A stretch of 64,000 nucleotides of DNA from NCBI RefSeq assembly GCF_009914755.1, contig NC_060943.1; one strand, written 5' to 3'. This document shows positions 1 to 10,842 of the stretch, one piece after another. This DNA comes from the human T2T-CHM13v2.0 reference genome, Homo sapiens. The translations under genes were made by a program, and so were the position numbers. Numbering within the stretch: position 1 is the first letter of the stretch; each line of letters starts with the position of its first letter. Under the pieces are notes generated by a model that was not told the DNA's origin, ran no database searches, and was given only the letters and a program-made list of their open reading frames with translations.

Positions 1-83
1 AATTAAGTCTTTGACCAAAAGCAACTGACACGGGGAAAGTTCAGGCACATTGGGACAAGGCCTAAGAGGGGTAAGGCACTCAC

Positions 84-208
84 CATGTTGGCGGTGCAGC
101 GGGTTAGCGCCCGGGGCTGGCTGAAGACCTTCATGCCAGCCCAGCATGGCACCAGCAGGTAGGGGATGGTGAGGAAGAAGGCAGGCCTGATCTCGGAGCT
201 GTATTTGC
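84..208 (-). CDS. TM6SF2: TM6SF2 coding exon 6 (codons 162-203, [12 protein letters not shown]...TANM); contains E167 codon GAG at 194-192
   Basis: Translation matches TM6SF2; AG acceptor at 210-209, GTGAG donor at 83-79; 125 nt, frame continuous with exon 5. Confidence 0.97.
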
Positions 209-263
209 CTTCCATGGTGCAGGAGAGAGGGCATCAGCCATGCCAGAACCCTGCTGGACATCT

Positions 264-575
264 GTTTGTTTGTTTGTTCTGAGACAGAGTCTTGCTCTGT
301 CACCCAGGCTGGAGTGCAGTGATGCAATCTTGGCTCACTGCAACCTCTGCCTCCCAGGTTCAAGCAATTCTCTTGTCTCAGCCTCCTGAGTAGCTGGGAT
401 TATACCTGGCTAATTTTTGTACTTTTAGTATAGGCAGGGTTTCACCATGCTGCCCAGGCTGATCTTGATCTCCACGGCTCAAGTGATTGATGAGGCAGGT
501 GGATTGCTTGAGCCGAGAGTTGGAGACCAGCCTGAGCAACATAAGGATTACAGGCATGAGCCACCACACGTGGCC
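264..575 (-). mobile_element. Alu with an internal inverted segment, TM6SF2 intron 5
   Basis: Alu consensus, (TTTG)n tail, TSD-like GCTGGACATCT at 253-263 and 582-592. Confidence 0.85.
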
Positions 576-1140
576 TCTCTGGCTGGACATCTTGATTCAG
601 AAATACCATCCTCATTCAAGCTCCACCACCTTCCATGGCTCCCTAGTGCCCACAGGATGATGTCCATACTCCTTAGCCTAGCCTGCCTCAATTTACCTTC
701 TGAATATGGATCCTACCTTCCAGTGGGTTCTTTGCTTCCTACAAATACACCTTGAGTGTTCCCTTTGCTGAGGTTTTGCCATGCCAACCTCCCAGACTGC
801 CTTCACTGCTCTACCTCCCAAGACCTACCCCTGAAGCTTTCACCCTGTCCCCAAGATTCACCCTAAAATTCCCTTCCTGTGTCAAGACCATTCTGGGTCA
901 AACCCCTGGGGCTGGGAACCATTGCCTGGGGAGGAAGCAGAGTTGGGTTCTCCCGCCTTCCAAGAGGAAACAGGGACCGGAAAGGGGTGGGCTGCTGACT
1001 GAGGCTGTGGACACGCAAAGAGGGAGGTGGGGCCTCTGCAGACATCAGGGAAGGGATGGAGGATCCAATGGGGGTGCTTCTAGGTGCAGGGCAGTGACCA
1101 AGCCCAAGAGAACCTGGATTTCCCAAAGCCTTGTCCTTAC

Positions 1141-1223
1141 CAAGAATGTTTCCTGTAAGGAACACCAGGATGCTCATGGCGAAGGAACCCAGCCAGTAGA
1201 GTCCAAACTTCCGGTATCTCTTC
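1141..1223 (-). CDS. TM6SF2: TM6SF2 coding exon 5 (codons 134-162, RKRYRKFGLYWLGSFAMSILVFLTGNILG)
   Basis: AG at 1225-1224, GTAAG donor at 1140; 83 nt; hydrophobic TM segment. Confidence 0.97.
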
Positions 1224-1626
1224 CTGAGCAGGGGATGGAGGGGTGACCAGCAGGTAGTCACTCCGTAATCTCAGAGCCCCAGCCAGGGCCTGGAGACCAC
1301 CGTGGGTTTCCCAGCTCCGGGTCCCTTTCAGTTTTGCCCAGGATGGAAGGGACAACAGGGAGTTGAACGGGGAAATAACAGTGAGACCCTCTGTCCAAGA
1401 ACAGAAGTGGCTGCCCAGGCACAGGGTGGATGTAAGCAATGCTAGGCCACCACCTACACCTGAGACGTTCCCTGGAACCTTCTCCTGGCCACCCCTGGCT
1501 GGAGCCCTAGAGAGGCGTCCTGATTTCTCCTACAGACACTTCTGGCTCCACCCTGCCCTGGGACCCCATCTGAGGATGCAACTTCTCTCCCAGGGTCAGG
1601 GGCCACCCTCTCCCTGCCTCCTGCAC

Positions 1627-1730
1627 CTTCTGCAGATGGCGCCGGCCATGGCCAGGTAGAGGAGGTAGTGAACAGTGCCATCCCAGTAGCAGATGAAGAC
1701 TCCGTGCGCTGTGCGCAGGTATGGCTCTCC
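1627..1730 (-). CDS. TM6SF2: TM6SF2 coding exon 4 (GEPYLRTAHGVFICYWDGTVHYLLYLAMAGAICR)
   Basis: AG at 1732-1731, GT at 1626-1625; 104 nt, frame continuous. Confidence 0.96.
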
Positions 1731-1798
1731 CTGTGGGGGCAGGTGGGAGACTCAGACGGGCAGTGCGGTAGGGGGCTCCCTGGTCGTCCCCCAAGTAC

Positions 1799-1896
1799 CT
1801 CCTTGGTGTAGAACTCCATGAAGCCCACCACATAGCTGTCTTCCTGAAGAGCGATGATGAGGTCCACAACCGAGGTGAAGGCGAAGACAGCGAAGA
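1799..1896 (-). CDS. TM6SF2: TM6SF2 coding exon 3 (VFAVFAFTSVVDLIIALQEDSYVVGFMEFYTKE)
   Basis: CAG acceptor at 1899-1897, GT at 1798-1797; 98 nt. Confidence 0.96.
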
Positions 1897-2039
1897 CTGC
1901 AGTGAGTGGGCGGGCCGGGTCAGGTGTGGGAGGGGACACGTGTGGGTGGGGCTAGGGCTTAGTGTGGGCGGGGCTTGAAGTTAAGGTCAGGGATGAGATT
2001 ATTCCAGGCAAGGACTCCAGGCCCAGTCCCTGCCCCAAC

Positions 2040-2432
2040 CCCAAAGGTTGCATGACCACAGTCCTGCCTCATTCTGCATGTCTGATGGAGGAGACACAGC
2101 CTGGCTCTCAGAAGTCCCTGGTTTGATTCAGAGGCCCAGTGCCTGCCTTTGGGAGTCCCCAGTCTCATGGGAGAGGCACCGTCCCTGCCCTCAGGAGATC
2201 TCAAAGTGATGAGGCAGTATACTCTTTTTCAGGAGCTTCTAATCTGATGCAGGAGATGCAGTCCCTGTTCTTAGGAGCCCCAGCTCTGAAGGGGGAGGCT
2301 CTTTGAGGTTCCCCAGTTTAATGGGAGTGTTCAAATCTCTTTGAGGTCTCCAGTCTGATGGGAGCTCTTAAAGGGCCCCCAGTCTGATGGAGGAGGCCCC
2401 TTAATGGCCCCCAAGTCTGAGGGTGGAGGCCC
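2040..2432. repeat. Degenerate ~30-40 bp tandem repeat (core CCCAGTCTGATGGGAG, probably L2-derived)
   Basis: Roughly 9-10 decaying copies of agtctgatgg/gtccctg units in TM6SF2 intron 2. Confidence 0.65.
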
Positions 2433-2475
2433 TTGCCTGGACAGTCTTCTTCCCCACAGCTTCCCACTGACTCAC

Positions 2476-2579
2476 CAGCATAGAGTGGGTCATAGGAGAC
2501 CTCGCCATGGGACAAGCTGTAGACCGCCACGAAAAGCAGACCCAGGATTAGGGCGCTCATCAATGCCACCCACAGGGGG
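2476..2579 (-). CDS. TM6SF2: TM6SF2 coding exon 2 (HPLWVALMSALILGLLFVAVYSLSHGEVSYDPLYA)
   Basis: AG at 2581-2580, GTGAG at 2475-2471; 104 nt. Confidence 0.96.
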
Positions 2580-2894
2580 CTGTGGAGAGGGAAGCCAAGT
2601 CAGGGAGGCCAGGCCCAGTGCTGAGGCATCGCCCCACTCTCCCTGGTGGGGGAAGGGGCAGACTCCTGGAAGCCCCAGGGGAAGAGACTAAAGTGTCTGT
2701 TCATCCATCAATGCTGTTCCCTGAAACTGCTCTCACCCTGTGCCAGGCCCTTGCTCAGGCTGTTTCTTCCTTCTGGAAACCGCTTCCAGAAGTCTTTTCC
2801 ACTTGGCAAACTCCTACTCATCCTTCATGGCCCATCCACATTGTTCTTCCTCCATGAAGCGCTCCCTGACTCCCCAGAAAGGATCACTGTTTAA

Positions 2895-3420
<526 letters not shown>

Positions 3421-3774
3421 TAGACTTCATTGTCTGACGCTCCCAGCTCCTCCCAGCTAAAGTCCAAATGCCTCTATTAACTCCACCCTACCCCTGCCCT
3501 GATCTGCACCCACAACCTGATAAGACAGGTCAACCAGTTGCATAGATAACAGAAGCCAGGTCTCTGGGCAGCCCTCAACCCAGGTGGGCAAATCCAGGCC
3601 CAGAGAGGATGGGAGTACTGTCCAGTTGTCCAGGGTCACACTCAAGACTCTGTCCATCACTCTCCAGGCCCCTATTTTCTCATGATCCCCTCAGAACCCA
3701 AGATTTCCATCCTGACCCCATCTAACAATGACATTATAGTACTCAGATGAGACCAAGACAAATCTTTGTACACA

Positions 3775-3900
3775 GTTTATAATCCTTAACCGTAACTATG
3801 AGATGAGATCTAGGATCGTGCCCATTACACTGATGAGGGAACTGAGGCTCCCAGAGGAACTTGGCTCACCCAGGATCCCAGGAGATGGAGATGGGTATTC
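3775..3900. mobile_element. MIR fragment
   Basis: cccatt..ac.gatgagg.aactgaggctc MIR core. Confidence 0.6.
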
Positions 3901-4143
3901 CCACCCAGGGAGCCAGGCTCATGGTTAAGACTCTCTCCACCCCATGGCTTGGGTTGAGCTGGGTTTAGAAGTACGAGGGGCTTGCAGATGCCCACTATCC
4001 GGTGGCTGGACCCACAGGGCTAGGATCTAGGGTTAGGAGACAGGGACCAGGAAAGGGAACCAGTAGGGGGAACTGAGTCTAGGGACATGGTTAGCCAGCC
4101 CTGAACAAGAGGAAAGTCACAGGCCTGAGACAGGCAATGGAGT

Positions 4144-4146
<3 letters not shown>

Positions 4147-4180
<34 letters not shown>
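4147..4180 (+). repeat. (GT)17 microsatellite, TM6SF2 intron 1
   Basis: Direct read. Confidence 0.97.
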
Positions 4181-4183
<3 letters not shown>

Positions 4184-4339
4184 CAGGAGTCAGGTACCCG
4201 GGGCCTTATCTGGGACAATACTTTTACCCTTGGTGACTTTGGAACCTAGGCAGGGCGCATCCCTGGGAAAACCCCAGAAACCCTCCAAAGCTCTGGCTTG
4301 TGGGGACTCATCATTCCTTCTTCCCAGGCCACAAACATC

Positions 4340-4930
4340 CCAGGAGCGGCCGCATCCCAGCCTCCAGCCCGGCGGGAAGGGGACTTCCGGTTAGAGGGGG
4401 GTGTTCTTCTGGCCCACCCCAATCCTGCCGGGTCGGAGCTGAGCTGGGGCGCAGGGCTCGCAGAAGCCAGGTCCGCGGACCGCGCATCCTCCCTCCAGCC
4501 CACCTCCAGTCCTCCCCGCCCCCGCCCGCCCCCACTGTCCCCAAGGCCGCCCTGGCCCCTCTCCGCACGCACTGCGAGAGCGCCGAGACGTGGTTGAGCG
4601 CGTAGGACACCGGGAGGGCGCTCAGCGACAGCGCCGCGATCTTGCCGGCCAGCGGCGGGATGTCCATAGCGGCGGCTGCTGGACCCCGGCTCAGCCCCGA
4701 CGCGTTCTCCAGGGCGCTCGGCTCCTCGTTGGCGGCGAGTCCGGGCCGAGGCTGCCAGGGACCCGCCCCGCACAAAGGTCGACCCCGCTGCGCCCTGGGC
4801 AGGCCGCCGTGACCGCCCTGCGTGTTCCCAGGGAGCCTCCAAGGCCCCTCCCCGGCCCTCCCCCTGGCAGCTGCCCCGCCCCTTCGCCCCTCACCATCGA
4901 CACCCTCGTCTCCAATGGCCGTCCCGCTAC
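4340..4930. promoter_or_regulatory. TM6SF2 CpG island/promoter with GC boxes
   Basis: High CpG density around exon 1; CCCCGCCC/CCGCCCC Sp1-type boxes near 4514-4533, 4762-4769, 4874-4882. Confidence 0.8.
4573..4667 (-). CDS. TM6SF2: TM6SF2 coding exon 1 (MDIPPLAGKIAALSLSALPVSYALNHVSALS)
   Basis: ATG at 4667-4665 in GCCGCTATGG Kozak context; GTGCGT donor at 4572; 95 nt. Confidence 0.97.
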
Positions 4931-5268
4931 TCAGCCTCAGTTTCCCTCACTGTCAAAGGCTGGGACACAACACCTCGGGATGCTTCTGCTCTTAGGCCAA
5001 GGGGTGCGCCCTGGAGGTCCTGGCGTGCCCCCTCTTTCCCCTGCCTCCACAACTTCGTTCTAAGGAAATTTTCTCCTGGACTCTGCGCTTCTAAACCTCT
5101 GCATTCCCCAGAGTTTCCCATCCCCACCCAAAGATCAAGTCGGCATTCCCTGTGCGCACGGATGGAGCAACCTCCAGCTCTTGGGTGCAAAATGCCTTTC
5201 AGTGGGCTTAGATTTGAGTTTTCATAAGGTGGCCACAAATGTAAACGTGTTTCCAGGCAGGTGTGAAG

Positions 5269-5563
<295 letters not shown>

Positions 5564-6061
5564 TGACTCCGGGGCTGTCCCTTTGCAGGCTAGTCCCGGG
5601 TTTAGGGTTCTTCATTTCGGGGAGAGGGTAGAAGGGGTCCTAGCGGGTGGGGGCTGAAGTTAGAATATCGGGATGGAGCCAGTTTGGTGAAGAGTTTGGG
5701 AACGGTGTTCCTGGCAGGGAGGAAAGTGGCTCAGGCTTGGAACTGAGCAGTGGAAAGGAGGTCGGTTCTGCTGGGGTGTGATGAGAAGCGAGACAGCTGT
5801 GAGAGGCTGTGGGAGGTTTTGAACAGCTGGGAGGGGGCCACAGTATTGGGGGGGAGAATAAGGAGACCATCTGTCTTTGTCACCCCCTCCAACCAGACTC
5901 TGGCCCATGTGGAGTACTTGTGGATGCTGCAGACAGCAAGGTGAACCATGCCCACCTGACGCCTGCCCTGCGGGACCCCAGTCTGCAGCTGGCACAAATT
6001 CTAACCACTGCCCCTACCTCAGGCCCCATTCTGCACGCAGCCCCTTAGCTTGATGCCAACT

Positions 6062-6430
6062 GGGTCACAGGTCTTCCTGAACTGGGCCACAAGAGGGTCT
6101 TCTGGCCGCAGGTCTGACTCAGCCTCCTTCCCCAGGTGTCCACTGCCCATGGGTGAAGTTCAGGTTCCCCTGGACTTTCCCCAACTCTAGCAGGGTCAAC
6201 ACCCCCCAGGCCTGCTTTCTGTCTGTAAAATGAGCCTTCTTGTAAGCGGGCCCCAGCATCCCCTCCTCCAGGCAGCCCTGCCTGCCACCCCCACCCCACC
6301 TTCTCCACACAAGGCCAGGGTGCCTGTGCCCAGCTCAGCCTAGGGGCTTGGCCTTGTCCCGTGTACAGGATGCACCTGCACACGCACACAGCACTTGGAG
6401 GCCTCGTCCCCTGGCAAGGGGTAAAGTCCA
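6062..6430. promoter_or_regulatory. Putative hepatocyte/enterocyte enhancer upstream of TM6SF2 (nuclear-receptor DR1/HNF4A-like sites)
   Basis: GGGTCAcAGGTCT 6062-6074, GGGTGAAGTTCA 6151-6162, TGGACTTT 6171-6178, GGGGTAaAGTCCA 6418-6430; motif match only. Confidence 0.4.
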
Positions 6431-7502
6431 TGCCCTGAGCCTGGTGAGCCTCCAGGTTGCTGAGAACTGAGAAGTGACTTGGATGGCTGAATGCCTGGGA
6501 CCCAGTGCCAGGATTCCCTGAACCACTGGCTGCAGAGAACTACCCCGCTGTGCTCAGGGTCCTGGCCCACTGCCTTCTGGGCAGCCCTCATTCATGGGCA
6601 CCCAGGCCAAGCCCACCAATGTTACTCTTTGCTCTGCCTCAGCCACAGCGTCAGGAAAGAACAAAGGGTGGTATATCACCCCAGCCTTGGCTCTGCCACT
6701 GCATCTGGCACCTCCCTGGTCTCAGACCCCACTGAGACACTCTGCAGACCGCCCCACCACGGCTCCCTGGTTCCTCTCAGTAGCAGCCTCAGACCTCATC
6801 CCCAGCAGCCTGGCTGACTGGAGTAGATCTTGTCCACCTGGTCCCCACACTTGGCACCTAGTGTTTGCTGAATGGCTGTGTGAACACAAGCTGGCCCAGG
6901 AGCCCGACTCCATGCCAAGCATGTGAATAGGGAGCCCCTGGTGCCTGCAGGGGCTGGGCAGCACCCACTGGGTGTGTGTGGAGGGGGTGGGGGCAGATGG
7001 AAATGCAAATTCCCAGGGCCCTGCCCAACCAGCTGACTCGGCAGCTGCAGCTTAACAAGATCCCCAGGGTGACTTAGGCACAAATGTGGGGCTCTGGCCC
7101 TGGGGCAGATGTGGGGGTCTTGGCACACACTGTGGCCTGGGCTACCCTCCTGCCTCAAAACCTCCGGCTCTGAGGCCCTTCCTTCTAGGAGCTGCCTGAC
7201 ATGTTGGCATGGCACATCCATGCATCCATGCGGCTGTCCCCTAACGACACAAGCCCCAGGGACTCGTGTGCCTACCACACTGGTGGGACCTGAAGGGCCA
7301 CAGCCAACACCTGTGTGCTGGGCCGTGCCAGCACCACCTGCCAGGAGAGCACATGGGTGTGCCCAGAAGCCACCTGCCCCCACAGGTCTGAGGGAAGGTG
7401 GGGCCCTGCCTGGAGACCCCTCCCCAACCTCCCTCTGCAGCACAGTGCTAGGCTCGGAGGTTCCTGACATTCCTTTAGCCCAGGTGTGGCCAAGTCTCCA
7501 GC

Positions 7503-7802
7503 TTTATTATTATTATTATTATTTGAGACAGAGTCTTGCTCTCTTGCCCAGGCTGGAGTGCAAAGGCGCAATCTTGGCTCACTGCAACCGCTTCCCAGGT
7601 TCAAGCCATTCTCCTGCCTCTGCCTCCCGAGTAGCTGAGACGACAGGTGTGCACCACCATGCCCAGCTAATTTTATATTTTTAGTAGAGACAGGATTTCA
7701 CCATGTTGGCCAGGCTGGTCTTAAACTCCTGACCTCCAGTGATCCGCCCGCCTTGGCCTCTCAAAGTGCTGGGATGACAGGGGTGAGACACTGCACCTGG
7801 CC
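7503..7802 (-). mobile_element. AluS with (TAT)n tail just downstream of the SUGP1 3' end
   Basis: Alu consensus. Confidence 0.9.
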
Positions 7803-7984
7803 TTCCAGCTTTACTATGCTGAAAACAGCTTTCTTCCTCCCCTCCAGTGCAACCCAGGCTGAGCGGGGATGGAGACTCCACAGGCCAATAAGGAGAGCCC
7901 CGAGACAGCATCTTGCATCCCGCTGCTAACAGGAGGGGCTTCCTGCAACAGGACCAGGCATCTGTGGTGGATGAGCACTGGGAC

Positions 7985-7990
7985 TTTATT
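7985..7990 (-). terminator. SUGP1: SUGP1 polyadenylation signal AATAAA
   Basis: TTTATT on + strand ~110 nt past the SUGP1 stop codon. Confidence 0.85.
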
Positions 7991-8099
7991 ACACGGCACG
8001 GCACTCGTGACAACGGAAGGGGTGGGCAGAAATGCAGGCCGGAACATTCCACAGTCCAGGGACGGTTGGTCATTCAGAAAGTATGTATTTCCAGAACAC

Positions 8100-8126
8100 T
8101 CAGTAGTAAGGCCGTCTGGGATTGTT
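8100..8126 (-). CDS. SUGP1: SUGP1 exon 14 coding part (NNPRRPYY*)
   Basis: CAG acceptor at 8129-8127; TGA at 8102-8100; completes 645 codons. Confidence 0.95.
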   Translation of the reverse strand, partial: NNPRRPYY

Positions 8127-8398
8127 CTGTGGAAGGCAAAACAGATAACAGGAGGAGGGGATTAGCACTAAAGACAGCAGTTCCTCCTGTCTGGAACCTT
8201 CCGGAGGCAGCTGAGCCCGCACCCTTGAGGTGGCAGGGCAGGCTTGGGGGACGGGTGGGGGCTTGAATGCAGGTGGGTGGTAGGGGGCTCGCTGGTGAGA
8301 CCCAGCCTGGCTGGACTGAGGAAGGAAGGGAGCCTTCTGTTCCTACCACCACCCTCTCCTGTCGACTGAGCAAAGGCAGCCCAGGAGGACATGCGTAC

Positions 8399-8528
8399 CA
8401 GGGGGTTGGGCCGGAAGCGGTAGGCCAGCATCATCCTCTTGCGGAACGCCTCATACTCGTCGTCCTCCTTGGAGAGCTCCGCCGGCCGGTCAATGCCGAA
8501 GCCAGCGCCGTCCACTGTGGTGGTGCCC
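8399..8528 (-). CDS. SUGP1: SUGP1 exon 13 (end of G-patch; [11 protein letters not shown]...RPNPL)
   Basis: TAG acceptor, GTACGC donor; 130 nt. Confidence 0.96.
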
Positions 8529-9185
8529 CTACAGGGAGAAGAGGATGTGAGCAGGGACCTGGGGCCAGAACTCTGGCCGGGGGGCCGGGCACAGCTGGGC
8601 TCTCAACAGCACCTCCCGCGGGTGCAGGGCTGGGCTGGGACATATCTGCACAGAGAGAAGCTTGAACCTGAATGGTCAAGGAGGGGAGACCCCCGGGGCG
8701 GGCGGGGGGGGGGGGCCTAGGCCCCAGGGTCCCACACAGGAAGGAGGAGCCCACAGTGCAAGTTGTCGCAGCTCTTGGGATGGCAGGATGGTTACTCAAG
8801 GACAGCCTTGAAGGGGGCACTCGGGGCCAGGGTCACACCTGGGAGAGCTCCTGCCCATCTCTGGGAGTGGTTTCGCACTCATGGGGAATTCAAATAAGGC
8901 CCTTCACAAGGCAGACAAGGCCTGACCCATCTGTACCCTCACCCACCCCATCTGGCCTGGAGATACTCATGAGGGGACGGAAGGAGGCCCTGGGACTGGG
9001 GAGGACCCAGCCCGTATGGCCTCCTGCACTGCAGGCCTGTGCCTGACAAGGGGTGTGCAGTGGGGTGCTGTGATCATTTTGCCACAAGGGAAAAGCGATG
9101 ACATAAAGGGGTGGGAATGGGGAGGCGGCAGGGGACCCACAGACCCCAAGTTCATGGCCATGCCCTCCCACAAGGCCACACTCAC

Positions 9186-9331
9186 TTGTTCACTGGGTTC
9201 TTGATGCCCTGGCCCTCTGAGCCCAGCCCCTCGCCCTCCTTCCAGCCCATCTTCATCAGCATCTGGTAGCCGATGTTCTCCACAGTCAGCTTGAACTCCT
9301 TGTACTCTGAGTAGTCAGGCTCACGGCCCTC
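9186..9331 (-). CDS. SUGP1: SUGP1 exon 12 (G-patch: [19 protein letters not shown])
   Basis: G-patch consensus; CAG/GTGAGT; 146 nt. Confidence 0.97.
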
Positions 9332-10141
9332 CTGCAAGGTGAGGAGGTAGCTGTCACCCACCAGGGCTGGGGCTGTGGTGGCCCCCAAATCCAACCTTCT
9401 GCCTTTGGTTTCAATCAGTGCTGGGACCAGTGGCCCATCTGCCTCCCTCTCACCAGATCAGACTCCTTGAGAACAAACAGACCAAGCTCCTCCTGCTTCT
9501 CAGGGTCCCCGGGGCCTTAGTGCCAAACTGTGCACCCCTGGTGGCCAAGTCAAAAGGGCAAGAGGATGAGTTACACAGGCCTTATCCACCTGAGATAAAG
9601 CAATGGTTCACTGGCAAAGAGAAGCCCCGTGTTCATGTCCTGAGAGCAATTTGTTGTACAAGGTACTAATAAGAGATGGACAACGAGGTTACCACCTCAC
9701 TAATGAGGTTATCAGGCCCTGAACAGTTTTATAAAAAAACCTCAAAAAGATAATGGGGGACGTGCCATGTCAGCCCTCTCTCCTCAGGAGCCCAACAGCA
9801 GCAGAGGCAGAATGTTAAACTCTGGTTCTGGAGAGGCCAGTCCGTGGGGACTTCTGCCGGAGAAACACTTTGCCTGTAAACTGCACTTAATTGGCTCCAC
9901 TGGAAGCAAAATTTCCCCCGCAGCCCCAGGAAATGTTTCTGAGGCAGCAGCTGAGCTGCTGTTTGCTAATTCCCTACACAGACGGCGCCTGTCATTAACA
10001 GATGCCTCCTGCAGCGAAAAGGCCTGGCTCCTGCTGTGATCGAGAGGGTAGCCAGGCTACTTTGGGCACCTGCAGGGTGAGGCAGCTACAGGAGGGGCTG
10101 GCATGTGGCAGAGGCTGGAGCTAGGGCCCCTCCTGGCTCAC

Positions 10142-10248
10142 CTTCAGGGCCTTGAAGGTCTCCATAAACTTTTCCAGCTCGTCTGGAGGCAGGAAGTCTC
10201 CGATGAAGTGCTTGCCCCGGCCCATCTTTGTCAGCTGCTCGGCCCATT
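10142..10248 (-). CDS. SUGP1: SUGP1 exon 11 ([36 protein letters not shown])
   Basis: CAG/GTGAGC; 107 nt. Confidence 0.96.
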
Positions 10249-10664
10249 CTGCTCAGAGAAGCAGAAAGGTGAGAAGAGGGAGAAGCAGGAAGGAGGGGAG
10301 CAGGCCTGGTGGCTCCCAGGGCACAGGTATGAGGCTCAGTGGGAGCCTGGGGCCCCCAGGGAAGGAGGCGGCTAGGCCATGACCCCAGCCCGAGCCTCTG
10401 CCTGGTGAGGCAGCCCAGCATTTAGTGAACCCTGTGCAGCTCTCCACCCTCACGATGTCAGGACTGCTCCTTTTCACCACGGAGAAAACTAGGCCCCAGA
10501 GAGACTGAGCCTCTCACTCCAGGCCTCACAGCCACAGGAAGCAGGCTGGGGGCTAAACCAGGATGGCAGCTCAAGACCACGTGTGGCGCATCCAGGTAAC
10601 CTTCCAGGGCAGGTGAGGGGGGCCATGCCCAGCCCAGCCCGGCCCACCCCGCTGCCCCACATAC

Positions 10665-10842
10665 CCCTGGTCTTATCCATCTCCATGCGCCGCAGCTGGT
10701 GCTCCCAGGTGCCCAGCTCGCTGTCCACCTCCTCATCACTGTCATAGCCGTGCTGGTGCTGTTGGACTGCCTTCTCCCACAGCAGCTGCATGTCCTGCAT
10801 GGCCCGCTTGTGCTGCATGATCATGTCGTACATCTGCTGCAT
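10665..10842 (-). CDS. SUGP1: SUGP1 exon 10 ([12 protein letters not shown]...MEMDKTR)
   Basis: CAG/GTATGT; 178 nt. Confidence 0.96.

Noticed and set aside
2040-2432. Repeat-spacer-like periodicity suggesting a CRISPR-like array
   Set aside because: Units are degenerate tandem copies without unique constant-length spacers; human intron, no cas genes
6796-7470. 224-aa ORF between TM6SF2 and SUGP1, and similar long ORFs at 4246-4842, 10489-11277 and 37228-37848
   Set aside because: Expected in GC-rich DNA; where they contain real peptide, it is the annotated exon read through into intron
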